63,297 bases of DNA, filler included, from Octopus bimaculoides (GCF_001194135.2; 8 parts of 7 records of this genome joined end to end with filler, not necessarily neighbours in it), one strand, 5' to 3'; shown: positions 12,208-25,410, counted from the whole stretch's first letter. The notes: generated by a model not told the origin, from the letters alone. A program made the numbers and translations.

Positions 12208-12755
12208 AATAAGAAAATGGAGGGGATTAATAGCGACGACTAGAGAAACATCCAAGTACCTCTATTTCATCTACTAATTACTTCAGTCTACTGGAGTGAT
12301 AAAGGTAGAATGAGGTATTTTACTTCTAGACTGAAACAGCTGTAAGATATTATCCCAATTTCCATCACTATATGTTATATTTTTTATAATTACTGATATT
12401 TTATATTTTGAATTTTATATATTAATATATTATATTATACCATATATGTAGGGCATAATATGTCATATGTGTTTGTATATTGTTATAATTGTCCTTTTAG
12501 TAAATAAACAAATAATTTGTCATAATATAATGTCTAAAAGTTGATGAATACCACCTCTTGATCCCCTCCATTTTCTTATTGCTCTATAAATTAATAGTAA
12601 AATAACTTTTTACCCTCACCCATTTATTACACTTGGTAATGTAATTGTCATGCAATGAAAAAACACTAATGTAATAATAATTGGGTATTCTTCCAGCAGT
12701 ATATTGGATAGATATTATCCCTTAGTGGGTTAGATTCACAACCCATAACTTTCTT

Positions 12756-12789
<34 letters not shown>

Positions 12790-13067
12790 TTTTATATATT
12801 ATATTTTTTTAACATATATCATATTTATATATATATATAATTTTTATATATTATATATATTTTTTAACCGGATGAATGCGAGTTTGTCCTTTAATTGGAA
12901 TAATTTCCAAAGATTTCTAATGTCTTTTCTTTGTATTTTACTTTGTATAAATATGAAAACTTGTATAGAAATAATCAGTATATGATTTAACTTATTAACA
13001 AGTTAGATCATATATATATATATATATAACCCATGCTCGTATGGAAAGCGGACGTTAAACGATGATG

Positions 13068-13101
<34 letters not shown>

Positions 13102-13842
13102 GCGAGTAAAAATAAATACAAAAAAGGGGTTTTGTATGATTGTGTATAGAGGAATATATTATTTTGTTTAAAAGAGTTCCAACACTGTCTGTTTTTTATG
13201 TTTTATTTATATTCCTGCAAAACCAATGTGGGATATAGAATATGGAATATACAATATATAATATAATATACAATATATAATATAAAATAAAAATGGATGG
13301 TACTATGAAATAAAGTATTGAATGTCTTATTGAATATATGGAATATGTCTTATTGAATAGATGAAATATTGAGTGTTCAGCATGTCGTGTGTGTGTCAAG
13401 TCAACACCTGAACTAAATCACTGAATGGTGATTATTCTAGAGTAAAACAAAATATGCATTCAATAGAACTGCATTATACAGTGGGATATGCTAGGCTACA
13501 GAATATTTGTTCTTATTAGCAGTGTTCTTTTTTAGGTGGTTTGGTTTAGCCTGGTTTCAATGTAAAGAAAAGGAAATAAAGCAGAGTTTTTGTAAGAAAG
13601 AGGGAATGGGATGAAATGGAGGGGGAGTCATCTGGTGGGATGGTCAGAGGAGTAGTAAGAGTAAATGTGTTCAATCAGGCTGGTGGTTGACCAGGAGGAG
13701 GGAAAGAATAGAGGATTTCATCTTGAAATAGTGTTAGAAAATGATGGAGTTGGATCATGAGGTATTGAGATAGAGGGGGATGGAGAGAGAGAGAGAGAGA
13801 ACATGTTTAAAATGGAGGGAGAGAGAGATGCAAAAGGGTAGC

Positions 13843-14210
13843 AGGCATGGCTATGTACAAAGAAGCTTGGTTTTCAACCACACGGTTCTGGGTTCAGTCC
13901 CACTGTGTAGCACCTTGAGTAACTATCTTCTACAATAGGCCCAGGCTGATCAAAGCCTTGTGAGTAGATTTTAGATCTGTTAGATGGAAACTGAAAGAAG
14001 CCCATTGTATATATGTGTGTGTGTTTGTCCCCCACCAGTGTTTGAGAGTTTACATCCAAATATCTTAGCAGTTTGGCAGAAGGGACTGACAGAATAAGTA
14101 CCAGGCTTTAAAAAAAAGAAGTACTGGGGTTGATATGTTCAAGAAGACCCTTCAAGGTGGTGCCTCAGCATGGTTACAGTCCAATGATTGAAAGAAGTAA
14201 AAAGGTAAAA
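13843..14210 (+). mobile_element. SINE family B (tRNA-like head, internal microsatellite, GAAACAAGTAAAAG tail)
   Basis: GGCATGGCT...GGGTTCAGTCCCACTG...GATGGAAACTGAAAGAAGCCC...CCTCAGCATGG. Recurs more than 10 times in both orientations. Confidence 0.8.
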
Positions 14211-14616
14211 CAATATATGTGTGTGTGTGTGCATGCGTGTGTGTGCATATGTATGTATGTAGAGAGAGTGAAAGGAAGAGACATATTTAAGAAATAGAGA
14301 CAAACAGTGAAAATTACAAAGGGAAAGAGATGTAGGAAAATGTGTGTATATACAGAGAATGAGAGCAGAGCTGGTTAGAGGTGCGTTGATCAATCAGTGT
14401 ACAGGTAGCAAAGGTGGAAAATTGCGAAGCGAGTGGAGTGATGGTGGTATGAGTAAGAGTAGCAGTGGGGAAACAATAAGACGAATCAACAACAGTAAAA
14501 ACAAAAATGATTGCTAAAAGATATCTACAGCAATTTCTACCAAACAAGTAAACAGTCTCTGTCATTGCTCTCTGCTGATATTCAAGCCATAGTAACTTTT
14601 TATAGTTAATCCTGCC

Positions 14617-15015
14617 AGGTGTGGGCATGTGGTAAGAAGCTTGCTTCCCAATCATGTGGTCTTGGGTTCATTCCCACTGTGCAGCACTTTGGGCAAGTGT
14701 CTTTTACTATAGCTCTGCTCCTACTAAGGCTTTGTGAGTGAATTTAGTAGATAGAAACTGAAAGAAGCCTATTGCATACATATATGTGTGTGTGTGTGTG
14801 TCTTTGTGTTTGTTCCCCTGAACTGCTTGACAACCAGCATTGGTTTGTTTACATCCTTGTATGTAACCTAGTAGTTTGGCAAAAAGAGACTGATAGAATA
14901 AATACCAGGCTTAAAAAGCAAAAAAAAAGCACTGGCGTTGATTTGTTTGACTAAAGTCTTCAAGGTGTTGCCCCAACATGGTCGCAGTCCAAAGATTGAA
15001 ACAAGTAAAAGATAA
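14617..15015 (+). mobile_element. SINE family B copy
   Basis: Collinear with 13843-14210 and 53690-54210. Confidence 0.8.
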
Positions 15016-16336
15016 AAGAGAAAAATAACCAAAGTAACAGGAAAATAAATGTGGGCAGCATAAATGTGTGTTTCCGAGAACAAGTACAAGTGTGGGAGGG
15101 AATGAAGGCTGAAATAACCAACAAGAGTAGAGGTGAGAGTTAGAAAGAGAACAGACAAACTTATACCTAACAGTGTCAAACACATATGGTTCCCTAAGTG
15201 GTTGCTAGTATTACAAGGGAGATAATTATATCTTTGTAATATTTGGTGGGAAGTTAGAAATCGGAATTTGAAATTAAGGAATTATAAAGGAAAAAAAATG
15301 CATAGAATTTATATATTTAATTTTTNNNNNNNNNNNNNNNNNNNNNNNNNNNNNNNNNNNNNNNNNNNNNNNNNNNNNNNNNNNNNNNNNNNNNNNNNNA
15401 GAGAGAAAAAGAGAGAATGAAGAAGAATTAAAAACATGTTGATTTCTGAGAAAATTTGAGAAGCAAAGAAATTGGCGGAGCGAAAAGATGAGTATTGAAA
15501 AGAAGAGATAGTGGAGTAAGAAAAAGATGGGAGTGGCATATAAGAGGTAGATGTGGTAAAAGTGATGGGGATGATTAAGAAGATGTAGATAGGACAGAGA
15601 AGATACAAAATAGCATAAAAAAAAACAACAATAAAATACAGCAAACACATGATCAAAGGAAAAAAACGAGAAACTAGCTACTTGTAAGAAAGAACTGAGA
15701 ACATACCAAAGTACTATCTTCTACAACAGTTGACAACACATAAACAGCCCTTAGATAGCAAAACAGCCCAGATAGCCAAATAGAAAATACAAGAATGGAA
15801 GGAAAAAAAGAAAAAGAAAAAAAAGAGAAAAATTTCCTTGTTTTCTGTTTTAAAGTAAGCATTCCAACAAAGCATTCCAAAAAGCAGTAGCAGGAAGAGC
15901 AGAATGGAGTTCTAGAACAGGAATTAGACATACTATAATTTCAGCCAAATACCAAGCATCTTGACTGTTACAGTCAATGTCTCTCACCTTCTCCAGGTAC
16001 CTGTTGTGTTCAGTAACATTCTTTGAATTTTAAATCTATGGCTACAGATAGATCACATTCTCTGGTCTGTTCCAGTATTAGGAGAATAACTAAAACAGGA
16101 ACATCCCTGGGTATGGGACAAAAGAATAAGAACAATCTATATCCATAAATTTAATATCCACTTTGAAATTTACAAAGTTGCTGAATATGACAAATACCGG
16201 TAGTATAGAGAAGGCTGGAGGATACAATTCTATGACTATAGCCACCAAGAGGACGACACTAGTCGAAATATATTAGTGTGAAATAATTCCTCATCACAAA
16301 AATTCAGACTATATAACATATCTATTAATATTTAGC

Positions 16337-16449
16337 AAAAGCCACAGAGTGACCCAAAGGCCAAGAGTTTCGTGCATTGGCACTTATCAAAAATTTTGAT
16401 GAGTGCCAGTGTATGAAACTCTCAGTGATTGAGTCACTCTGTTGCTTCT
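16337..16449. repeat. ~113-bp imperfect palindrome (MITE-like)
   Basis: Nested stems ACAGAGTGAC/GTCACTCTGT, AGAGTTTC/GAAACTCT and TGGCACTTATCAAAA/TTTTGATGAGTGCCA. Confidence 0.75.
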
Positions 16450-16545
16450 GTTAAATATTAATAAAACAATACACATATGACTCGTGTTTTGAGTTCTAGT
16501 TTTCCTGTTTGTATCACCATACATACATACATATATATATACATA

Positions 16546-17601
16546 CAGGGTGTGATGGATAAATTGTCGCCATTTTATATCTTTAATTTTGCACATGAGG
16601 ATTGTTTGTTTTTGATTTTGTCGACTACATAGTATATTAGGGTCAGTTGAGCACTGTCTGTGAGAAAAACAGCACCATGATGCAATTCACTCTGCCAGAA
16701 ATTTGGAAACGATATGCTGTACTACTTGGCATTCGTGTCAGAAGCTCCAATACGAACATTTCAGAGTTTTAGGGTGTCAATCTGAGGACAGTGCATCAGA
16801 TTTGGAAAGAGTTGGATGAGCCTAATAGTGATTATGAAGGTATGGCAGCTCAAAAAACTCACTTTGATCGTTCTGATAAGAAAAGAACTGAATTTGTTGG
16901 TGAGATTCAGGCCATAGTTGACAATGATCCCTCCAAGTCAATAAGGTCCATTGCCAGAGATATGGGAGTGTCAGTGTTTCTTATCAGGCAAGTAGTGCAT
17001 GAAAACATTTGGTATTCCTCATACAAGATGAGAAAGGGCCACTTTTTTATCCTAAGCCATCAGAGACAAGAGGAAAGACCGTACAATGAAGCTTTTGAAC
17101 AAACTCAAGCAGACCCTCCAAGCAAACATGCTTTAGTTTTTCTCAGACGAGAAAAACTTCTTCCAGGATCAGATGGTGAACACACAGAACTGTTGGCTTG
17201 CCATGTCCCAAAAACATGTACTGAGAGTGATAAAAATCAAACATCCAGTCAACATTATGGTGTTAGGAGTGATAGCGATGTTATGCCTTCATTCATCTTC
17301 CCACACAGCCTCAGACTCAACACGGAGGCCTACATCAAGTGCCTGGAGGAAGTAGTGCTGCCCTGAGTCAAGAGGGTGGAAGTCCCTATCTCTGGCAACA
17401 GGACACTGCACTATGCCACACAAGCAGGAGAGACCAGTCAGACAATTTCTGCAACTACATCACCCCTAACATCTGGTGACCTGACTTACCAGACTGCAAA
17501 CTCCTTGATTATTATGTGTGGGGTGCAGTTGAGCAAGAGACCAACAAAACTCCCTGTAACACCAAAGATGAACTGAAGGTAAGGATTATGGCAGCATTCA
17601 C
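16546..17601 (+). mobile_element. Tc1/mariner-superfamily transposon, maT (DD37D)-like, transposase pseudogene; right end lost in the gap
   Basis: TA|CAGGGTGTGATGGATAAATTGTC left end. HTH region (DPSKSIRSIARDMGVS), FFSDEKNF, WQQDTALCH and PDCKLLDYYVWGAVE motifs, broken by frameshifts and stops. Confidence 0.85.
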
Positions 17602-18362
17602 NNNNNNNNNNNNNNNNNNNNNNNNNNNNNNNNNNNNNNNNNNNNNNNNNNNNNNNNNNNNNNNNNNNNNNNNNNNNNNNNNNNNNNNNNNNNNNNNNNN
17701 NNNNNNNNNNNNNNNNNNNNNNNNNNNNNNNNNNNNNNNNNNNNNNNNNNNNNNNNNNNNNNNNNNNNNNNNNNNNNNNNNNNNNNNNNNNNNNNNNNNN
17801 NNNNNNNNNNNNNNNNNNNNNNNNNNNNNNNNNNNNNNNNNNNNNNNNNNNNNNNNNNNNNNNNNNNNNNNNNNNNNNNNNNNNNNNNNNNNNNNNNNNN
17901 NNNNNNNNNNNTATAAATAAGATTGTGATGAAACATTTCACTACACTTATAGCATGGTCAGAATCAAATTCAAACTTTTGCCTACATCAAACTCAAAAAC
18001 AATGCAACCGAAATGAAAACTAGTGGCAACAGCAACATTGTAGCATGCATGCATACACATGCATACATACATGCATGTACACAGTTAGATGAAACAACTA
18101 TCTGACAATTCTTAAAATAAGCAATCAGCCCAGTATTATTCTGTGCACCAACATAACATAAACACACTGTAAGCGTGTATATATGTGTTAATGCATACAT
18201 GTGTCATGGTTATTAGAGTTTCAAACCTAGATGCCAAAAGCTTTTCATACAGCCAGCCATACTCAATACATAACTTAACCTACTACAATAAACATACAGC
18301 CAAACCATATGCGTTCGCATCACAAGTGTTTATCAAGTACACTTGTATTTTCAAATATGTGA

Positions 18363-18422
<60 letters not shown>

Positions 18423-18442
18423 ACATACATACAGATACATGT

Positions 18443-18600
18443 AGGCATAGCTGTGCAGTTGAGAAGCTTGCTTCTATGTAGTTTTGGGTTTATGTTCCAC
18501 TGTGCGGCACCTTGGGCAAGCGTCTTCTACTATAACCCTGGGCTGACCAAACCCATGTGAGAGGATTTGGTGGACGGAAACTGAAAGAAGTCTATTGTAT
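18443..18600 (+). mobile_element. SINE family B, 5' portion
   Basis: AGGCATAGCTGTGCAG...GGGTTTATGTTCCACTG...GGACGGAAACTGAAAGAAG. Confidence 0.7.
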
Positions 18601-19002
18601 ATGTATATATGTATGCCTGTATATGTATTTGTGTGTGTGTGTGTGTGTTTTTGTGTATCCTTGTCTTGAAATTACATTATGATCGTAAATAAGCATCACC
18701 ATGATACAAACGATGATGTTTGTTTCCAGTCTTCCATGAGAAACATGTCTGGCCATGAGGAAGTATTTCCTTGCTTGGAAATACGTTAGGGTTGGCGGCA
18801 GGAGTGGTATCTGGCTGTAGAAAACCTGCCTCAGCGAATTTTGTCTGACCCATGCAAAGCATGGAAAAGCAGACGTTAAATGATTATGATGATACACACA
18901 TACATACGTATATACATACATAGATAGATAAGATAAGATATGTTTAAACTATTGCAACAGTGGACAGTGACGAATCACTAAAACGGATGTTCACAGGGTT
19001 AC

Positions 19003-19068
19003 CTTTGCTGTTTGACACTGAGGCAGCAGGGTCGTCCGATTTGGACTGTTTGACTGCACAAGCCGACT
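19003..19068 (-). CDS. Candidate 66-nt symmetric (phase 1-1) internal exon, unassigned (xSACAVKQSKSDDPAASVSNSK)
   Basis: Minus strand CTGAC branch-like site, CTCCTTTATTTGTAG acceptor, open frame, AAG|GTAACC donor. Locally GC-richer unique sequence. Confidence 0.5.
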
Positions 19069-19184
19069 CTACAAATAAAGGAGTTGTCAGTGAACGTACA
19101 GTGTGTTAATCAGTAGCAATCAGACTTTAGAGGCAAGAAACAAATTATTAATTAAAGAGAGCAAACAGTCAGAGTTAGAAGAAT

Positions 19185-19222
<38 letters not shown>

Positions 19223-20224
19223 ATAGACAGAGAGAGAAAGAAAGAAACAAACAGAGCACGTAAGTAAATGTAGTGTGATTAATCCTTTCAGGATTATGTT
19301 TCAAAATGAAATACATTGTTTATATATTTTTTTGAAAATAATTAGTAATTTGGCAGGAATTTCAGTAAAATAACTAACTAAGATGATATTTAGAAAGATG
19401 ACTGACTGCCTGACTAAACTGAAAGCTTTTAATTTCAGCATGAATATTTTAACACTTTTCATGCCACAGACACTAATAAGCGTCTCTTATCTATAATTAC
19501 GAAATCCTAGTGATGCACATATGCATTGCTCACAGGCAGCTGTAAAATCTCAGGGGGAATTATGTGTGTCTTTTGACTGTCCATATGGGATTTCATAGTT
19601 ATAGATAAAACATGTTTACATGCGTACGTGGTATGGATGGTTTTAACAGGTACAGGCATCCTCTTTCAAGAAGTGGGCCACGTGAGACATAACTCATTAT
19701 CAGGTGGGCTGCATAACTAAAAAAAAATTCAAGGTAATTTTTTGATAGGCATGCCATTCAGAAGGTCCCTTAGACCCACAATTTGCCTACGACTGCTTTA
19801 AAATATGACTATTTTTATCATAGAACCAGGCAGGATGATGTAAAAAGGGTTAAGAAACAGAGTGAAAGTGAACAAACAAAAGAGAAAACGCCCACTTTTA
19901 ATCAACAAACAATCACAATTAGCAACAGGAGGAAGTGGGTGGAGTGGAGAGAGAGAAAGGAACAGTATGTGCAGTAAAAGCAAGAGTGGTAGTAGTAGTA
20001 GCAGTTAGTGTCAGAGTTGTGGCTATGTTGTTAAGATTGCTTTCATTTTCTTTTTAGGAAAAAAGCAAATAAATAAATTAAAAAATTTAAAAAGTAAACA
20101 TAAAATAGAATTTGTTTGTGCATTGGTAACAGAGAAAATAAATAGCAATAATTTGTGAAATATTAAAAGTAAATTAGAAAAATTTCCAAATACAAAAAAA
20201 AAAATAAAATGATAATACTTTCAT

Positions 20225-20453
20225 ATTTCTTTATTGCCCACAAGGGGCTAAACATAGAGGGGACAAACAAGGACAGACAAAGGGATTAAGTCTACATCGA
20301 CTCCAGTGCATAACTGGTACTTAATTTATCGACCCCCGAAAGGATGAAAGGCAAAGTCGACCTTGGCAGAATTTGAACTCAGAACATAACGGCAGACGAA
20401 ATAACGCTAAGCATTTCACCCGGTGTGCTAACGTTTCTGCCAGCTCACCGCCT
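20225..20453 (-). mobile_element. SINE family A copy (start of a cluster of 6-7 SINE A fragments running to 22514)
   Basis: Reverse complement of 1021-1250. Further partial copies near 20465, 20910, 21120, 21915, 22150 and 22400, separated by (AAT)n. Confidence 0.75.
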
Positions 20454-20871
20454 TATTATAATACTTTCTACTATAGGCAAAAGGACTCAAATTTTTGTAG
20501 GAAGGTGTTTGTTGATTATACTGACTCTAGTGCTCAACTGATACTTATTCTATGAGCCCCACAAAAGAATGTATGGCGAAGTCAACCTTGGCTGAATTCA
20601 GAACATAAAGACAAATGAAATGCCGCTAAGCATTTTGTCCAGCACGCTAACAATTCTGCCACTGTTTCTAACATAAGCACAAGACCAGAAATTGTGTGTG
20701 TGTGTGTGTGTGGGTAACTGGTACATTATTTTCTTGGTTTACTAGAATGATGAAAAAAAAGCAAAGCTGACCGTGACAATATTTGAACTCAAAACATAAA
20801 GGGGCAAAAGAAATACCACAAGGTATTTTGTGTGATGCTTTAACAACTGTGCAAATTCATTGTCATCAAAA

Positions 20872-20911
<40 letters not shown>

Positions 20912-21314
20912 CTTTTCTACTAAAGGCACAAGGCCTGAAATTTTGGGGGAAGGGGCTAGTTGATTCCATCAACCCCAGTTCTCAACTGGTACTGTATTTT
21001 ATTGATTCTGGAGGGAACTCAGGACATAAAAAGCAGTGCAAAACATATGAAGCTGCAAGGTATTTGGTCCAATATGATAACTTTTTTTGCCAATCCACTG
21101 CCTCAATAATAATAATAATGGTTGCAGATTTTGCCACAAGGGCAGCCATTTTGGGGAAGGGGATAAGTCGATTACATCAACCCCAGTGTTTCACTTAATT
21201 TATCGACCCTGAAAGGATGAAAGGCAAAGTCGACCTCAGTGGAATAATAATGATGATGATGATAATAATAATAATAACAATAACAATGATAATTTTGATA
21301 ATAATAATAATAAT

Positions 21315-21883
21315 AGATGCCCTGATGCAGTACTAGGTACTGGTTTTCATGGCTTCTTATCTTAATTGATTGGAAGTGTTATCATGTACATTGTTTTGTC
21401 TTGGTATAAAAGATGGGCTACAGCAAATATTCTGCTTAATACCACACATTTGCTTGTCAGTTGTTTGACCTCAACCAGTTGAGCATGTCCCTTGGTGGCT
21501 GATGATATGTGCATCTCTGATCATGAGCAGAAGTAGTGGGGGAGCATCATAGCCATGTGTTGAGAGGAAATCTCTGGGGTTTGGATAATTCATCTTTGGA
21601 AACATGGGTGTTTCGTTCAATATCTTTAAACAAACCTTATTCAGGAACCTTTTTAGCGGGATGGGCTATACTCAAACTGAGAAAATTCTAACTGGGCTCC
21701 ACTTGCAAGGTCATGCGCTGTTTATCTTAATATGAGATCACCATGTTGCACACATATGGTTGTGATGCATGTGCCTGGTGTACCTCTGTCAGACAGGTAG
21801 TCATGAAGGGTATACTGGGCTTCGTATATTTTACCCCAGTGTCACTTTGATGGCATGCGCTATTCTCTCACCCAATAATAATG

Positions 21884-21915
<32 letters not shown>
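21315..21915 (+). mobile_element. 3' end of a non-LTR retroelement with (AAT)n tail, embedded in (AAT)n (Dong/R4-like behaviour)
   Basis: About 560 bp collinear with the reverse complement of 47531-48011. Ends ...TTCTCTCACCC(AAT)n, and the 5' junction also lies in (AAT)n. Confidence 0.6.
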
Positions 21916-21916
<1 letters not shown>

Positions 21917-22558
21917 GTTTCAAATTTTGCCACAGGGGTAGCAATTTTGGGGGAGGAGATGAGTTGATTACATTGACCCCAGTGTTCAACTGGTACTTAC
22001 TTTATTGACCCTGAAAGGATGAAAGGTAACGTCAACCTCGATGGAATTTGAACTCAGAACGTAACGATTGGTGAAATGCTGCTATGCATTTTGCCCAGAG
22101 TACTAACGATTCAACCAGCTTGCCACCTTAATAATAATTATTCATAATTTTTGGCACAAGGCCTGCAATTTTAGGAGATGGGGCAAAGTGAATTACATTG
22201 ATCCCCAGTACTTGGCTGGTATTTTACTGACCCTGAAAGGATGAAAGGCAAAGTTGACCTAGCTGACATTTGAACTCAGAGTGCAAAGAACTGGAAGAAA
22301 TGTCACAAAGCATTTTGTCTGGCAATGCTAACAATTCTGCCCAATAATAATAATAATAATAATGATAATAATAATAATGATGATGATAATAATTTCTACT
22401 ATAAGCACAGCACAGAGCCTGAAATTTTGGGGGGTGGGGGGCTAGTCAATTACATTGTCCCAAAGTGCAACTGGTATTTATTTAATCACCCCAACCCCCC
22501 CGCCCGAAAGGATANNNNNNNNNNNNNNNNNNNNNNNNNNNNNNNNNNNNNNNNNNNN

Positions 22559-22570
22559 TTAATTAATTAA
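22559..22570. other. Artificial scaffold-joining linker TTAATTAATTAA in N44/N44 (also 27091, 39242, 42698, 46300, 49708, 60330)
   Basis: Identical 12-mer centred in a 100-bp spacer seven times. It contains stops in all six frames. Confidence 0.95.
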
Positions 22571-22646
22571 NNNNNNNNNNNNNNNNNNNNNNNNNNNNNN
22601 NNNNNNNNNNNNNNGGATGTCTTTTGCATCGAAGGTCGGCGATTGT

Positions 22647-22691
22647 CGTATGCTGAAGAAGGGAAATAACCCTGAAACTCGGGTACGTACG
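22647..22691 (+). ncRNA. Type I hammerhead ribozyme, apparently intact
   Basis: Stem I CGTATG/CGTACG (6 bp, one G-U), core CTGAAGA, stem II AGGG-AAATAA-CCCT, GAAA, near-palindromic stem III ACTCGGGT, GUA cleavage triplet at 22683-22685. Confidence 0.75.
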
Positions 22692-23164
22692 TATCGTAGA
22701 TCAAGATGGGAAAGATAACTTCCCTTGGCAAATACAGACAGGACACAGATGTGTGTCGATAGCCAGCTGGAGGAGATGTCCTCCTGGGGCTAAAAGCAAC
22801 AGTAACATCCACCCCTCGGGGTCAGCCACATTTAAGTGGCAAATATACTTCACTTTATATATATATATAATGTAATTAAACAATAGGGTAAAAAATTGGA
22901 TATTTATTAATATCAATTTAATACCAGGTAGCTAGCACATTAAAAGAATCAGGGAGATTCAGAAAAATATCTGAGATCTCAAGGATTATTGTATATGTAC
23001 ATATAAAAATATATAAGAATATATATAAATGAGGCTACTAAGTGGACTGCTAATGTGCTAGAAGAAGATCACATGTCATGTGTCTTCTAAGACTGAGAAT
23101 TATATATATAATGTAGGTAGTTAGGGTAAATCCCAGCTATTTCCTCTTGAAGCATATCTGCTTA

Positions 23165-23352
23165 TTCCATTACTACAATCCAGGGGAAAAAGAAGCGAGG
23201 ATGCCCGAAGCAGACATGGAAGCGGTGCATTTTGGACGAGCTCAGGACCCCTGGCCTGACATGGGAATCAGCCAAGAAACACGCCAATGATTGCAAAAAG
23301 TGGAAAATAACTGTTGAGGCCCTATACTCCACAAGGAGCAAAAAGGATTTAG
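23165..23352 (+). mobile_element. RTE-type LINE, extreme 3' coding end
   Basis: IQGKKKRGCPKQTWKRCILDELRTPGLTWESAKKHANDCKKWKITVEALYST matches the GKRxRGRPxxTW...A.DR..W...V.AL tail of RTE ORFs. Confidence 0.7.
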
Positions 23353-23958
23353 AGAGAAAAGAGAGAGTATATTAGTCAAAATGCATATTAAAATTGAGAA
23401 CTATGGAGATATTATTTGTGGAGTTATTGTATAAGAAAACAGGAAATATATATANNNNNNNNNNNNNNNNNNNNNNNNNNNNNNNNNNNNNNNNNNNNNN
23501 NNNNNNNNNNNNNNNNNNNNNNNNNNNNNNNNNNNNNNNNNNNNNNNNNNNNNNNNNNNNNNNNNNNNNNNNNNNNNNNNNNNNNNNNNNNNNNNNNNNN
23601 NNNNNNNNNNNNNNNNNNNNNNNNNNNNNNNNNNNNNNNNNNNNNNNNNNNNNNNNNNNNNNNNNNNNNNNNNNNNNNNNNNNNNNNNNNNNNNNNNNNN
23701 NNNNNNNNNNNNNNNNNNNNNNNNNNNNNNNNNNNNNNNNNNNNNNNNNNNNNNNNNNNNNNNNNNNNNNNNNNNNNNNNNNNNNNNNNNNNNNNNNNNN
23801 NNNNNNNNNNNNNNNNNNNNNNNNNNNNNNNNNNNNNNNNNNNNNNNNNNNNNNNNNNNNNNNNNNNNNNNNNNNNNNNNNNNNNNNNNNNNNNNNNNNN
23901 NNNNNNNNNNNNNNNNNNNNNNNNTATATATATATATATATATATATATTTATAAATA

Positions 23959-24854
23959 CAAGGAGATACCCAAAAGTACCTAGTAATGTTCTTTGTGGGA
24001 CAAGCTCATACAGTTCAGGCTTCTGCTACTAGAAGCCACTTGATATGACCCTCAGACATCAGTCTGCTGACCGGTGGCATCGACTGTAGTTGTACTGCCA
24101 TGTGGTGCATCTTTGTTTTGCAGTACTTTTTCCTTGTTGATTTTTGTGATGATTGAAATGAAGGAACAGCACGCTTCTGTGAAATTGTGTTTTCTGCTGG
24201 TGAAAATGGCAACCAAATCAGTTGTCATGCTTCAAACAGCTTACAAGGATGCTGCCATGAGCAAAATACAAGTTTACAAATGGTTTTCATGCTTTAGGAA
24301 TGGTCAGTTGTTGCTTGAAGACCAATCTTGTTCAAGGCATCTGTCAACTTCCTGAACAAATGAAAACATCATGAAAATTCATAAGCTGATCTTAGAGGAC
24401 CATCACCGAACAATTGACAAACTTGTTGATATGGTTGGTGTATCCTGAAGCTCCAGCCAATAATTTTGAGTGACGAATTTTGAATGAAAAGAGTTGCAGC
24501 AAAATTTGTGCCTCGCTTGATCATGGAAGGTCAAAATCAGTCGTGACTGAATGCTTGTCGTGAACTGAAAAAACAGTTGGAAATCGACCTGGACCTTTTT
24601 TCGAGGGTCATCGTTAGTGGCAAAAGCTGGTGCTATGGAATTTTCAGATGTGGAAGAGGTGAAAAAACAATGATGGAGGCATTAAAAAGACATCACTTTA
24701 AAAGACATCACTGCTTCAAATAGTGGAAAACGCGTCTGGATCGATGCATTGCTTCAAATGGAGAATACTTTGAAAGTGATAAATTTGTTAGCATGTAAAA
24801 CTAACTGAATAAAATAATATTGCAAAATTTTGGTTTGTTTTGGGTACCCCCTCG
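23959..24854 (+). mobile_element. Mariner (DD34D-type) transposon, internally deleted, both TIRs present
   Basis: TA|CAAGGAGATACCCAAAA ... TTTTGGGTACCCCCTCG|TA. Transposase N-terminus EQHASVKLCF...QVYKWFSCFRNG, MKRVAAKFVPR, first catalytic region VSGKSWCYG, then a jump to the C-terminus. Confidence 0.85.
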
Positions 24855-25107
24855 TATACATGCACACATGCACATACATATATATATATATATATGTAAC
24901 GCTTATGTGGTTGCTAGTCCTGCTAGAAACACCAGCCAAATCTCTTTTTAGTCACACCCTACAATATTAAGAAAGCAAAGATATAATTTGATAATTTAGA
25001 TATATTTGATAATTTGATAATTTATATTTTAAAAGATAGACTAGTCATTACTGAACTCCTTTGATCCAAATCCTGCTTGATTTTAGGATGAACCTACAAT
25101 GACAGAA

Positions 25108-25147
<40 letters not shown>

Positions 25148-25211
25148 CATACACTCAAGTACATATTGAATAGTTACCTATTTATTGACCATTATTGTAA
25201 TTATGTTTCAA

Positions 25212-25410
25212 GCAGTGAGCTAGCAGAATTGTTAGCAAGCCGGGTAAAATGCTTAGCGGCATTTCATCCTCCTTTATGGTCTGAGTTCAAATTCTCCCAA
25301 AGCTGACTTTGCCTTTCATCCTTTCGAGGTCAATGAAATAAGTACCAGTTACACATTGAGGTCAACTATCCCCCTTCCCCAAAATTTCAGACAATGTTCC
25401 TATAGTAGAA
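25212..25410 (+). mobile_element. SINE family A copy in the intron upstream of the RLBP1-like exon
   Basis: GCAGTGAGCTAGCAGAATTGTTAGC...GAGTTCAAATTC...TTTCATCCTTTCGAGGTC. Confidence 0.7.
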
